This document shows, in pieces, positions 12,135-25,752 of a stretch of 64,000 nt of DNA (position 1 is the stretch's first letter; every line of letters begins with the position of its first letter). Below the pieces are notes generated by a model. It searched no databases, was not told where the DNA came from, and was given only the letters and a program-made list of their open reading frames with translations. Source of the stretch: Eledone cirrhosa (Eukaryota). The position numbers were made by a program, and so were the translations under genes. The stretch covers positions 71,052,001 through 71,116,000 of the forward strand of contig OZ024746.1 of assembly GCA_964016885.1 (NCBI GenBank), written 5' to 3'.

Positions 12135-14130
12135 ATGGCTAATTCACCACTGCACCAAGCAGCTGAAAGCCTTTCTCACAAATTAACACCTCACACCGAC
12201 ACCACCATTGTAAATGTTACTACGTTTGCCAACACTACAAAAAATATAAGCAGTAGCAATATTTTAAATTTGTCTCAGGCAGACATTCATTTCCCGCCAT
12301 TACCAATGACTGCAGGTGTTAAAGCCTCCACCACCACCACCACCACCGCGACAACCACCACCCCACCACCACCGCGACAACAGAAACAAAAGAAGAAAAA
12401 ATTAAATTAACTCGTGATGTCGAAATGAAATCAAGCAAAATGGACTCTTCCCCACCAAAGACGACTGACGTCACCACCACCACAACTGAAACTAAAATTA
12501 ATATTAACACAAATAACGATAGCAACAACAACAACAATGACATTATAAAAACCACCCTCAGTTTTGCCAGAGTAGCAAAACAGTTCGAAGCATTTACGGT
12601 AAATCAGGAGGATTTAGAAAATGCCAAACAAATGGTAAAGAAAGATGGGTACAGGGTCAGCCTCACCCCCCCACCTAATAAAATGGAGCATCGGCGCCTA
12701 TGCACCGTGTCGTATCGAACAATAAATGTAAAATCGCGCCGAGTGGAACGGGTATCCGAGTCCCAAATCAAAAAAGCTTTGGGACATGTGTGGGCAAGAA
12801 AAACCCACATCAGACGTGGGCAGAAGTATGGAACCGTGGACGTGTTCTTTGAAACACCAGAGGAGGCTAGAGAACACTCCATGGCCCCATTAAGAAGTGA
12901 CGACTTCACACTCGCCCCAAGCTATTGTGGCCAGAGACTCGTAAAGATCAGGGTGACCCACGTTCCACCGGCCATCGAAATTCCCTGGCTAATAGCGGCC
13001 GTCCTCGCCGGCATCGAAGCCAACACAAAAATAATAGCAATAGCAAAAGAAAAGCAGGAGAACTGGTCCGGATCTGGGATGGAGCTCCTGATCCAAGCGG
13101 ACCAAAAAAGCATTGAGGAGATCCCAGAGGTAATAGACCTCACTGACGGCAGCCACCTCACGGTAATTGTCGAGGGCAGAAGACCTAGGTGTGTCGTTTG
13201 TGGTGAAGGAACCCACCTAAGGGCTTTCTGCCCTCAGGCTAAAAGGTTGAGGCCACCTCTCGTACCCACCCCAGTGACACAACCATCAACACCACCAGTA
13301 GCAGAGATGGCAGCAACAACTGTAGCAGCAACAACAGAAGCAACTATAACAGCAACAACCCCAGCAACAATAGCAAAACCAACACCACCACCACCACCAG
13401 CAAAACCAACACCACCACCACCCAACGCTTCAGAACTAGCACCAGCGCCTACACCATCCACCACGCCACAACCAAAACTAACGCCTGTGGAGGATTTTCC
13501 ACTCCCCGGCCTATCACAACTGGAGACAGATTGTGACGAGGAGGAGTGGGAAACGATATCCGGAAAAAAAAAGAAACCAAAAAAGAAAAAAATTCTCTTC
13601 CTTCCCCCTCCAAAAACAAAATACAGAGGGAAACAAATAAACTAAGAAACAAAAAAGTTAGGACAGATATGCCACCATCCACACCAGCATCACCAACCCC
13701 ATCAACCCAAACACCAACACCATCACCATCATTAACCCCAACACCACCATCACCTACACCACAAAAGTCACCAAAATGCGAAACAGAAACAAACCCACAA
13801 CAAACGCAAACAAAACAAAACAACCAAAACGATACACACTACACAGCATTAAATTTGAACAACAAGCAATTATTACACTACATCCAACACAACACCAGCA
13901 TCACAGAAAAAGACTACACAACAACCCCAAAATTCACACCACCTCCACACATACAAATCACTCGCATCACACAGAAAACGTACATGACACTAAAAAAAAA
14001 ATTCCCCAAAGACATCAGAGACTTCCGACAAGCACTCTCCAGGAGGATTTATAAGGACATCCTTCCTGAGGAGGCCACAAGCAGTGAAAAGGATGGAAAA
14101 ACCGTCCTTCCCCTACGAGAAGTAAGGTAA
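12135..14130 (+). CDS. Tx1 ORF1 (gag-like zinc-knuckle protein), two frameshifts
   Basis: ORFs 12135-12410, 12425-13645 and 13546-14130 join via shifts in an (ACC)n/C run near 12360 and A runs near 13565-13592; CVVCGEGTHLRAFC knuckle. Confidence 0.8.
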
Positions 14131-14164
14131 GTGGTCTTTCCCATCTTTTCCACTCCTTTTCAAC

Positions 14165-17100
14165 ATGACCTCACTCAGAATAGGCAGCATAAATGCGCGT
14201 GGCTTGGGGTCGTCATGGAAGCAGGGTCACCTGCTCAACGACCTCAGGTCACTAAACATAGATGTAGTGGCCATCAGCGAGACCAGAATCTCCGAAGCAC
14301 AGGCTTTCGCACCGATCTTCGGCGGCTACGATGTGTACGCATCTCCCAGCCGTCCGGGATCGGGGGGGAGGAGTTGCTGTGCTTTTTCGGAGAGGTTTGG
14401 ATCTTGCCATACGGGCCATCTTCCTGGACCCAGAAGGTAAGTTGGTGGTGCTGGACGTGACCAGCGGAGACGGGCAAGCTTTCAGGTTAGTGGCCGTCTA
14501 TGCCCCGACAGGAGCAGGGCGGCCTGATTTCTTCCGGCGTCTGGAGACCTTTCTTGGAACGTCCCGCTCTTTAGTGTTAGTGGGCGACTGGAACGGGATC
14601 TTAGATGCACGCTGGGATTGTGTGGGATTAGTGGATAGGGAAGGAGGGTGCAAGAGTCTCACCAACCTGCTCAGACGTTTTGAACTGTCTGACAGGTACC
14701 GAATGGATTTCCCGAATGTACCAATGTGGACTTGGACAAATCGCATAGGGTCATCCAGATCATATCTAGATAGAGTATTTTGTAGGGAAATAGATAGGTC
14801 TAGCATAGGCTGTCCACAATTCAAGATAGTCAGCTACACGGACCACAAATTCGTGATCTGTGTGCTTGACTTAGATAGGCTTCATAGACGAGGACCCGGC
14901 TACTGGAAGCTAAACGCGTCCTTACCAGCGCGCAAGGCCTACAGAGACCGGATTAGCGAACTAGTTAAGCGGGCGTTGACGGGGGCCATCGTCAACAACA
15001 AGTGGTGGTTTGCTCTGAAAAGAGCAATTAGAATAGAGTCCATTAGGTTTAGTAAGACTTTAGCAATAGAGAAAAATAGAGCAGAGGGAGAATTAGTTAG
15101 AAAATTAGATGAGGCGCTTAGCAAAGGCATCGCGACCGACGTACTTGCGGCGAAATTGGCCCTTGACCAATTCTTCAATGCAAAGCACGAAGGCTGCGTT
15201 GTCAGAGCTAGGGTGCGTGCTCTCAGACACGAGGGGACGAAAGCCGTTCAATGGGCCCGAGTGGCGGAGGCGCGTCGTGGCAACAAAGCCACGATCCGGT
15301 CTTTGGTGGACCACGACGGGCGCATGCTACTCGATCCCGGGCAAATGTGTGAAGCTTTTCAGCGACACTTCGCTCAACTGTTCGGGGGCAGTGGCGGGCC
15401 GGATCGAGGGATGGACTTTAGTGTCTACCTCGACGGACTGCCGCGGCTTTCGGCCACTGAGGCGGAGTGTTGCGAAAAGCCGATAACAACCGCTGAAGTA
15501 CGGGATGCAATGACTAGTTGCACAAGGGGTAAATTGCCTGGTTTGGATGGTCTGCCCTATGAACTTTACGTACAAATGCCAGACTTGTTCGGAGGCCTCT
15601 TGGCGGACGTCTACTGCAACTGGCAACAGAACCGGAGAATTCCCAGCTCTGTGAGCCGAGGAGCGGTGGCGCTGCTGAGAAAGGATCCGAACAAGGGGGA
15701 TAACATAGATAATTATAGGCCCATAACTCTGCTAAACACAGAGTTCAAGATTTTGGCCAAGGTGCTAGCAAAGAGGTTGGCGCTTGTCGTTGGTGGTCTG
15801 GTGGGAGAGGCACAGACATGCGCCATTCCCGACAGATCCATCCACGACAACCTCCACCTCATGCGATACATCGTAGAGAGGGTAGCTAGGGAACCTGGCA
15901 CGGGTGGGTCTTTGATCAATTTAGATCAGTCGAAAGCCTTCGATAGGGTCAACCATCGTTACCTAGCGGCAGTCCTGAGGGCGGCTGGCTTTGGGCCCGT
16001 CTTCAGAGGCTGGATCGCTGCCATGCACAGCGACATCTGCTCTGTAGTGAGAGTGAACGGTCACCTTTCGGAACCGTTCAACATCATGCGCTCGGTCCGC
16101 CAAGGATGTCCCCTCTCGTCCCTATTGTACCTATTGACTCTCGAGCCATTACTGCACAAACTGGAGACGTTGGGGGGCGTCCCGCGCGAACTAGGATGCG
16201 GAAGATCCGTGTCAGCATATGCCGATGATGTCACCGTAGTGGTGTCGAACGCCAAACACATCGAGGCGATCGGCACTACACTAAGAGAAAACGAAGCGGT
16301 GACAGGAGCAATGATCAACCAGGAAAAGTCAGTGGGCCTGCAGCTCGGCACCTGGAGAGGCAGGTCCATGCCGTCCAACAGCGTCGTCGGGCGCTGGACG
16401 GACGGACCGGTTAAATTGCTAGGGGTCTGGTTCGGTCCAGACCTCCAGACGGACAACAACTGGGACGAGGTGACGAGCAGGGTGGCTTCTCTCACCCAGA
16501 AATGGGCCGAGAGGAAGCTATCCCTGAAAGGTCGAGCGGAGGTGGCTAACGCGTACATCGCGTCCGTCATCTACTACCGCCTGACCGTCGTACCTTGTCC
16601 TAAGCCCCGCCTGACTGCGCTGGAGCATTTGCTCTTTCGCTTCTTGTGGAAGGGACGCGCTCCGATGGTCAGGCGGTCCATCTGCTGTCAACACCCGCTA
16701 CGTGGAGGGCTGGGCATGCCGTGGCTGATGATGCGCAGACACGCGCTCAGGCTACGACATCTCCACCTCTTCCTCGACGGTGATCAGGTGTGGTCGCCGT
16801 TTGCTAGACACGTTTTTCCCCAGCTCGTCTCCTTGACGGAGCTGCAGTCCTGGGTCAAGCGAAGACCGAGAGGGAGCGCTTGGAGACTGGAATGCCTTCA
16901 GGCGCTCACAGCCCTCGACCAATCGGGCAATGTGATCGGTGGAAACTCCACCTTGGCGTTCTATAGGGGATTAGTGGAGGGGAAGAGCGACGACGTACTT
17001 GGAGAAACTCTAGGCGTCGACGAAAATCAACTAGCCAATCTCTTCGGAAGGACTTTCGGGCCGGGGCCTATGGACAACTTCCAGAAATCCCTGGCCTGGC

Positions 17101-17585
17101 AGTGCTACCGGGGTGCTTTGCCAGTTCGGGATAAACTTTACAGGCATGGAGGTGCCGTCAGCCGGGCATGTCCGAGATGCGCACAGGGCGACGAAACCGT
17201 CCTGCACGCACTCGTCCAGTGTCCGAGCATTGCTGACTTGTGGGTTTATGTCGAACACCTGCTGTCACGTGTAGGACGGATCCAGCTATCAGCTGAGTCC
17301 ATCGTGAGGATTGCCCCGCCCTCTTCCTTTAGCCGGGAAGGGCAGGCAGTTTTTATCTGTCTGGTGGCCATGGCGAAAGAGATAGTATGGTGGACACGTT
17401 TGAAAGGGCTGAAGACGAGCACTTACCTCTTCGGTGATGCCCTGATTAACTTTTTCAAATTTCATCTGAAAAGGAAAATCAGGGTAGAGAGGGAAGTGCT
17501 CTCTGCCCAGCATTTTGTTGAAAGATGGGTGAGAGAAGCAAGTATGGCCCGAATGAATGGGCCTTCTCTGAGTATGTGTCTGTAA
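14165..17585 (+). CDS. Tx1 ORF2 (AP endonuclease + reverse transcriptase + zf-RVT), one frameshift
   Basis: MTSLRIGSINARGL, GDWNG, YTDH, YRPITLLN, RQGCPLS, AYADD, CPRC...HALVQC; frameshift in the G run near 14362-14372. Confidence 0.92.
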
Positions 17586-17819
17586 ATTAAAGGTGGAAAA
17601 CTGGGAGAGGGCACTTGCCCTGGTGGTCAGGGCCACTGTGGTCTTTTAATGGGCTTTCTCCACAAATGTCCCTCGGAAGTCTCCCCCCTATTGGGGAATT
17701 TTTCTTTGTATTTTATTTCATCCTCTGTTTTTTTTACACGCAGAAATGCCCATTTGTACCGTCCTGTATTGTCCTGTACTGTCCTTAATGTCTACTTTAT
17801 GTAAACATTATTATTATTG

Positions 17820-17910
17820 TTGACTTTGCCTTTCATCCTTACGGGGTCGATAAAATAAAGTACCAGTAATGTACTGGGTAATTGCTGGCCTTGTGCCTAA
17901 AGTAGAAACA

Positions 17911-17915
<5 letters not shown>
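17820..17915 (+). mobile_element. 5'-truncated main-family SINE at the Tx1 3' end
   Basis: Central domain + tail + (ATT)n. Confidence 0.88.
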
Positions 17916-17942
<27 letters not shown>

Positions 17943-17964
17943 CATTATTTTTTTTTTCTCTTTC

Positions 17965-18030
17965 TCGTGCAATGGCCATACTCGATAACGAGGGGGCAGC
18001 CATCATCATGTATGTATGTATGTATGTATG
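17965..18030 (+). mobile_element. RTE 3' terminus, probable continuation of 10383-11655
   Basis: TCGTGCAATGGCCATACTCGATAACGAGGGGGCAGCCATCAT + (GTAT)n; the RTE upstream breaks at ATCGTG (about 11655). Confidence 0.65.
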
Positions 18031-18525
18031 GGGTAAACGGAAAGGACATGTGAAGGAAGGCTGCAGAATGTTTGAAGAAAGACGTCTTGATTATGAAAAA
18101 CTTAAATGTTAGCTTCGAAAATGCCAGAGTATGAACCTCAATAAGAACACATGGAGCTGGAGTTGTGAGGTGTGTGGTCGTTTACTGCTCTCTAAACCTG
18201 GGTACATCACTCATTTAAAATTACATAAAAAAACCAACTGTATGCAGCTCTATCCCCGCAATGCTAGGTGAGACATGAGTGGTGTGCAAAAAGATCTGCA
18301 AATCAATCTCTGGTCTTAAAAAGCATAGATACATACTTTTTACGGTTTCCTCTTAAAACATTGTTTTTCCTTTTGCCCTGTTCCCGTTCTTTGTCTTGTC
18401 CTCTGTTAATTTTCTTATGTTATTCACTACTAATATGGCTTACGTGTTATCTCTTCTCCTCACCCATATATATATATATGTATATATATATATAAGATCA
18501 AAAGATGGTTAAAAGAGTTCCATGT

Positions 18526-18590
18526 ATTTTATTATGCGCATTTCAAAAACAAATATCATCATGCAATAACATTTGCGTTTTCGTCAGATA
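18526..18590 (-). ncRNA. minimal type I hammerhead ribozyme motif (Penelope pLTR type)
   Basis: CUGACGA - long stem II - GAAA - palindromic UGCGCA - UA; stem I only about 3 bp. Confidence 0.6.
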
Positions 18591-18614
18591 TACATATGCA
18601 TATATATATATATG

Positions 18615-18645
<31 letters not shown>

Positions 18646-18801
18646 GTATATATTGTTATGCTTTGGGAGGGTCATGTTGCCAATAAGAAACACACGCACC
18701 AGTTGCTTTCACTTCAATTTATTATAAATAAAATTTATTTAGGAATTTATAAATTTCCGGTTGGTTGGTTGGTTCCACAACCAGACGATTGTTCATATAT
18801 T

Positions 18802-18844
18802 GTCAAAGTTCTTTCGTCACACATTCTGTGACCTCTTCAGTGAC
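18802..18844 (-). ncRNA. minimal hammerhead motif, same family as 55904-55946
   Basis: GUCA CUGAAGA G GUCACA..UGUGAC GAAA GAAC UU UGAC. Confidence 0.65.
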
Positions 18845-19057
18845 TGGGGATTCTTTTCTTTGTTTTTGTGCCTCTCCTTTGTTCTGTTCTACGCCATCTT
18901 GTTTTTGTGTGTGTTGTGTGCTTAGTTTGCGCATATGTTACATTATATATAGCCGACTGAATACGCACGTGTTTTTTTCCTCCTTTTTTCTTCACTTTCC
19001 GCCGTCCCTTCCTCTTATCGCTCTTTACTTTCTATATATCTTCTATTTCTAACTCTA

Positions 19058-19093
19058 TCTTCTGATGAAGGACTAGTGTCCAAAACGTTAGGA
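19058..19093 (+). ncRNA. degenerate hammerhead (G12 to A)
   Basis: UCUU CUGAUGA A GGAC UAGU GUCC AAAA CG UU AGGA. Confidence 0.5.
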
Positions 19094-19824
19094 CTCTCTT
19101 CTTACTATTTATGCGTTAAACTAATATTTTCCTTCCATGTACTTTGCTGTTTGTTTCGCACATTTTGTTATTTCTGTTTATTTTTTAAACCCCCCCCCCC
19201 CCCCCACCCCCATACACACATACACATACATATATATATATTCATACATACATTATCAGTATTTTCTCGAAACAGTTTAAGATGTGACGGTGTAGATGTA
19301 TGTATACGTAATGCTGAGAAGTAATCAGCCAGATTACATTCATAGAGATAGACATATACACCCCCCCTCTCTCTCACACATACACACATATATGCACACA
19401 CACACTCTACATATCATATGTATTATTATTATTGTCGTTGTTGTTATTGTTGTTGTTGTTATTATTACTATTATAATTATTATTTTGTACATATATGTCA
19501 GTGAGGGGGTTTATGTGCTGTAGCTAGGATACCAGGACTACAAAGACATAAATAAAAAAAATAGAAGAGAAACTAAGCAGCCAGCCTAGTTTGGTTGGAG
19601 GAAGTTTGTGCCTTTTACAGTGAGAGCAACAGCCGTTAATAACTGTAATTAACAGGTTAATTAGTATAGGAGTACGATGACTAATGAGATCATATCTCGC
19701 AGTTGTTCAAAGTTTCTCAAGCTTCAACAGTAATGGTGGTTAAAGTTCGAGAAATATCATATTTAGTTAGTTAGGGGCTGGCTGGGCTCTCGCTGGGGAA
19801 AGACAATAATGTCCATCTTATTCG

Positions 19825-20700
19825 TACTCCTCTGTCCATCATTGTCACTTTTAGTACCTAGATAGAGATTGTCAATGTATGTGACATCACATCCACCACA
19901 CTCCTCTCTACATCATTGTCACCTTCAGTACATGGATAAATTCCAGGTCAATCTGCTACTGCAGGTTGTCAATGTATGTGACATGACACCAACCACATTC
20001 TTCTGTCTATCATTACCACCTTCAGTACCTGGATAAATTCTAGGTCAGCATACTAGATACAGCCGGTTGTCAATGTATGTGACATGACATCCACTACACT
20101 TCTCTGTCCATCATTGCTGCCTTCAGTACCTGGATAGAGGTTGTCAACTTGTATGACATGACATGACATCCACCACACTCCTCTTCGTTATCTTCAATAC
20201 CTTGTGTTATGTCCTTATGGATAAAAGAATACACTACAACAATGTAATAACAATATAATCGAAACAAACGGCAATAACCACACGTAACGGAACAACAATC
20301 TTTTGAGAACCAACAATCTAACACGCTAACTCGAACTGTGAGCTTGAACTCCAACTTTGACTATCAACACACGAACTGTGGAACTAGTACCAACTTCCCC
20401 ACTTACTCAGGCCGCTACTATTTATATGTAGTGGTCCTACCCATTCTCGCCATGGGAGTCGCCGTACTCTCGCACAACACCTTGATAAATTCCAGGTCAG
20501 TATTCTACTTCAGGTCTATGTGAGATGACATCCTTCACACTTCTCCGTTCAGGATTACCAATATTCTGCCACGATCTCCATCAAACCTTCTCACCGTTTC
20601 CCACAAGACTTGCATCAGTTACTGGATAGATTTTAGGCCTGTATTCTGTCTGTTTTAGTTTGCCAATGTATGTGACATGACGTCCACCACATATTTCCTC
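19825..20700. repeat. degenerate minisatellite (about 65-100 bp units)
   Basis: Recurrent TTGTCAATGTATGTGACATGACATCCACCACA...CTTCAGTACCTGGATA. Confidence 0.8.
20205..20479. mobile_element. solo LTR
   Basis: Termini TGTT...AACA, 5-bp TSD CCTTG on both sides, interrupts a minisatellite unit; TATAAATA on the minus strand near 20420. Confidence 0.65.
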
Positions 20701-20869
20701 TCCGTGTCTTAGACATCACAGAATCGGATGTCGTGAACAGTGCCCTGATAGACGTAGTGGGTATTCTCTGATCTTCTCCCTTAATTTTGTGAGGTTTTCG
20801 CTTGTCAGGTGCTACTGCCACTTCACAGTGAGAGCCACCCAACTAGCACCTTTGTGTTGTACATAATTT

Positions 20870-21990
20870 TTTCTGTTAAACCACTGAGAGTGAAGGACCC
20901 CTAGCCTTTGTCAGCGCATTCTTCTAGAAGGTAACTCAGGAAACTGGGATAACTCCGACATAAAACCCGCGGCTCAGTAGTTACCGATGATGTTGATATT
21001 TTCTTCTTTTGGGGTTACAGCTTCTGTTGCTCAGAGAGTGGGATTGGTTCAGTGCACAGTCTTTTCTCACTTTAAAAAAGATATTCACGCACAGGCATTG
21101 TACGATAGAATTAATTAATAATTATTAATAATGTTATATGTGCAATGGCCATACTCGATAACGAGGGGGCAGCCATCATGTATGTATGTATGTATGCGTG
21201 TATGTATGTATGTCAAGGCAGAATTCTAGGAGAAGGAAAACTCTGATATAACACCTGCAACCCTGATGGTATCCAATGATGTTGACTTGCTCTTCTTTTT
21301 GGTAAATATCATCTTGGTTAAGAGAGTGGGACTGGCTTTGTGCAGTGCCTTTGCTCACTATAAAAGCTTCACGGCACAGGCATTGCTTTATATCTGGAGA
21401 TCTCTCTGCACTTGTCGTCACATGGTACCATGGGCCCAGCACTATGTGTCAATAGTTGTCACAAGTGTAGTGTTTGTACCAGAGTTTTCAAGTCGCTGGC
21501 TGGACTAAAAAGTCACACTCGTTCAGCGCATCGGTAGGGGTTCTCCTACATGGATATAAAGTAGTGGCCGTACTCGAAAACGAGTTGGTAGCCACCATGT
21601 ATGTATGTATGTATGTATCCAATAGTTTTTTTTTTTTTTTTTTTTTGTGGAGTGAGAGACTCCTAATCTTCATTAAGACATCTCTCTAGGAGGAGGTCAC
21701 TCTAATATAAAACCTGCAACTTCGTTTGCATCCAATGATGTAGACCAGTTCTTCTTTTTGGGTAAATGCATTCGATGTTCAGAGAGTGGGATTGGCCCCG
21801 TGGAAAGCTTTTCCTCACTTAAAAAAATCTTCTAGCACAGGCATCGCTTGATATGAGATATTTTTTTTGCGATGATGTCATTGCTGGCTATAGGCAAGAC
21901 CCTAAGGAAGTATAAAAAGCCACGTCCGTGATGCTCATGCTTAAGTATTAAGTGATAGCATTACTCGAAATCGAGGTGCAGCCATCATGT
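20870..21990 (+). mobile_element. three head-to-tail RTE-derived elements (B 20870-21180, A 21212-21598, C about 21680-21990)
   Basis: Each has a TCTAG(GA)GAAGG-like motif, GATGATGT..TTCTTCTTTT and AGAGAGTGGGA, and ends CTCGA..CGAG..AGCCA(C/T)CAT + (GTAT)n. Confidence 0.78.
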
Positions 21991-22065
21991 ATGTATGTAA
22001 GTATGCATGTATGTATCTATATATATAAACTTACATATACATACATACATTATACATACATACAT

Positions 22066-22102
<37 letters not shown>

Positions 22103-22289
22103 TTGTGTGCGTGTGTGTATGGATATATGTATATAGTATGAGAGTGGTATGCATATCCCCATTATTATTTCCATTATTAATATCAAGGCAGATAGGCCCA
22201 AAGGAGACACAAAAAAACAACAAAAAAAAAACAACAACAACAACAAAAGATAACTTAAAATGTCGTTCTAACCGGTTGTTGTTTTAACA

Positions 22290-22920
22290 ATGGGTGAATC
22301 TAACAATAGCTAGAACAACAGTAACAACAACAATATCAACTGCATTAACAACAACAATAATAATAGTAACAACAATAGCAATGATATCAGCAATAATGAT
22401 ACCAATAACAACAACAACAGTAATACCACCAACAACAATAGTAACATGGACAGCAAGAACAAAAATAACGACCACAACACCAGGTCAAGGAGGAGGCCTA
22501 TAGGTTGTCACTCCGACAGCTAGAAATAGCAGCCGAATGTTTGCTTGAAATAAAGAGAGGATGGTCATGACTGGAATGTCCTTGTTTATAGATCTACTGA
22601 TTCCCAGCTCACCTGGGGCTAAACAACAACAACAGCAGCACCACCAACAATAATGACAATAGCAGTAGCAAAAGCAACAACAGCAGCAACACCAACAACA
22701 AAAACAATAACAACAACGACAATAGCAACAACAATAACAACAACTATAGCAGCAACAGCAACAATAACAATCAGAATAGCAACAACAACAACTACAACAA
22801 TAATAACAATAGCAACAGCGACGACAACGACAACAACACCAACAGAAATAACAACAACAACAACAATAACAATCATAACAGCAACAACAACTAGTAACAA
22901 CAACAATGATAACAATACAA
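22290..22920. repeat. (AAC/AAT/AGC)n microsatellites around an old interspersed repeat (about 22500-22620)
   Basis: Direct inspection; the repeat resembles those at 36240-37340. Confidence 0.85.
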
Positions 22921-23465
22921 AGAAGCATGTTAACGAAGAAAAAATAACAAAATGTCCGCCAAGAACAAAGAAGTGGGCTGGGTTTGTTAGAAAACCTATT
23001 CGGCGAATTTGATTAAAGAGTTAAATCGAGGAAAATATGTCATGTGAATATTTCTTTCTTACGTAAGCACAAAGCCAATATATTTCAGGTAGGGTGTTAA
23101 TGGACTATATCATCTCCAGTACTTTACTGGTACTATATTTTCTCAACCACGGAAAGATGAAAGGCAACGTTTACCTCGGCAGTATTTGAATTCAGAACTC
23201 AAAGAGGAAAACTAGATGTCGCAAATCATTTTGTTTCTAATATAAGTACAAGGCCAGAAATTTAGTGCAACGTGTTCAATTGATTATATCATCTTTAGTA
23301 TTTGACTCGTACCATATTTTATTTTTAACTCTATATTCAACAGAGATATGGCGTCAGATTAAATGAAACAATATCTTATATAGCACAGTCATGGTTTGAT
23401 AGTTAAAAAGTTCGCTTCACGAATATATATATATATAAATGAAATCAGAGTTTTTCGAATATTAA

Positions 23466-23840
23466 TAATTGTTTCTACTTTAGGCACAAGGCCAGCAATT
23501 ACCCAGTACATTACTGGTACTTTATTTTATCGACCCCGTAAGGATGAAAGGCAAAGTCAACCTCGGCGGGATTTGAACTCAGATCGTAAAGGGACGTAAC
23601 TATGCTGGAAAGCATGGCGTCCGACCTTCTACCGATACTGCCAATCCACCTATTAATAATTGTTTCTACTTTTGGCACAAGGCCAGCAATTACCCAATGC
23701 ATGACTGGTACTTTATTTTATCGACCCCGTAAGGATGAAAGGCAAAGTCAACCTCGGCGGGATTTGAACTCAGATCGTAAAGGGACGTAACTATGGTGGA
23801 AAGCATGGCGTCCGACCCTCTACCGATACTGCCAATCCAC
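23466..23840 (-). mobile_element. two tandem young SINE copies
   Basis: Near-identical units of about 190 bp separated by TATTAATAAT. Confidence 0.9.
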
Positions 23841-23940
23841 CTATTAATAATGATATTCGATACCCTCTTTAAAGCCATGTCAGTAGAAAAACTCTGATTA
23901 CATTTATTGTATTCAGCCATATAGAACGATAAACTATTTG

Positions 23941-24038
<98 letters not shown>

Positions 24039-24065
24039 ATACATATATATATATATATACATATA

Positions 24066-24097
<32 letters not shown>

Positions 24098-24129
24098 AAT
24101 AACTTCAGGTTTAATTTCATTGAGCGGTA

Positions 24130-25380
24130 CCTTGGGGTAAGTATCTTCAAACATAGCCTCGTATCAGCTAAAGCCTGGCGAAATTATCGATAAAGTCCTC
24201 ATTGCTTAGGTCATTCATTGACAGAGTGTTACCATTACCCGGCTCATATACCTGGAAATGTTCCCAGTCCGATTCTAGCTGCCATAAACATCTGCCAAGA
24301 CCAGACCAAACAGGTCTGACTGTATGTATAAACCTTGTAGGGCGGACCATTCAAACCAGGCAATTTACCTCTCACTCAACTAACCACTAACTGCTGACCG
24401 AAATATCTCAGCTGCAGTTATTGGCCCTTTTCCACACTCTCCGCCCCGTTTATCCGATATCAGCGATATATCATTGAGACAAGGTAGGTATTAAGGTGTA
24501 TCACCACCTTTGATCCATTACCGCCTGCTTTCGCACAAATCTGAATTATTAAAAAGCCGCAAATAGCCGCATAACATCGTGTAGGATACGTCAGTTCCGG
24601 TTCATCAAAGACAAAATTATGTTATTGTTATTACTCTGTGACTCGAGGGCGGCGGATTGTCAGTATCGGTAGAGGGTCGGACGCCATGCTTTGCAGCATA
24701 GAGTTACGGTCCTTTATGATCTGAGTTTAAATCCCGCCGAGGTTAACTTTGCCTTTCATCCTTACGGGGTCGATAAAATAAATAAAGTACCAGTCACGCA
24801 CTGGTCTTGTGCCTATATAAGAAACCGTTATTACTCTGTGACTCTGCCAACAAGGTCTGTAGAGAGGCTTTCGTTCACTTGTGTCGGAGAGTAAGCAACG
24901 CACACGCCTTAGCTCTGACAAAGCAATTTTCGTATTTCGCTTTGAAGAAAGATGGTCGCGGGTCTTTCACACGGCTAGCCCGTCAGTGGCGATACTTTTC
25001 CGAATAACCTCTTCTAATTTGCTTACTAGCTCCCCTCTTCATCTTTAATCTATTTTTTCCTCTTACTATTTCTTTACTAAATCCTATCGATTCTACTTTA
25101 ATCTCTGCCGTCAAAGCGACCTCATCCTCACTGGCCGCTAAACTGATTTACTAATCCGCTCGCTGTTAAGTCTTTATGCACCAGGAATGATGTGCTGAGC
25201 TTCCAGTAATCGAGTCCCTTGTCTACAGGTTTTATCTAGGCCGACTGAGTTGGTAACAAATGTATGGTCTGTGTAACCGACCGGGTGAAAATGGGGTCAC
25301 TCTACACTACCCCTTTCCAATGACCTAACTGAAATATTCCGGATATGACCAGAGTGACTTGTTACGATTGGTCCATGTCT
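24130..25380 (-). mobile_element. old Tx1-like ORF2 remnant with a SINE inserted at about 24645-24830 (+)
   Basis: Minus-strand GKLPGLNGPPYK near 24330-24370 aligns to GKLPGLDGLPYE of the intact ORF2; many stops. Confidence 0.6.
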
Positions 25381-25459
25381 AATATCTGGTGCATTCAGGA
25401 AGTCTAATGTCTATCTCTATTACATAACAAGAACAACAAAACCTATAATTATTACTGCC

Positions 25460-25553
25460 TCCTCCCCCCTCCCCCTCCTCCTCCTCCTCCTCCTCATCAT
25501 CATCATCACTACCATCAACACCACGTTCAGCATCGTCATCATCAACTGTTCTA

Positions 25554-25603
<50 letters not shown>

Positions 25604-25698
25604 AACAACAACAACAACAACAACAACAAAAACAACGGCAGCAGCAGCAACAACAACGACAACAACGACAACAACAACAGCAGCAGCAGCAGCAGCTA

Positions 25699-25752
<54 letters not shown>

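Larger units (their letters stand above)
11926..17806 (+). mobile_element. near full-length Tx1/L1-clade LINE in an (ATT)n tract
   Basis: 5' UTR, ORF1 with zinc knuckle, ORF2 with APE-RT-zinc finger, 3' UTR; (ATT)n on both sides. Confidence 0.93.

Noticed and set aside
21266-21508. Recurrent 80-aa ORF MVSNDVDL... as a multicopy small gene
   Set aside because: Incidental frame of RTE-derived family A; the meaningful remnant is the zinc finger in another frame
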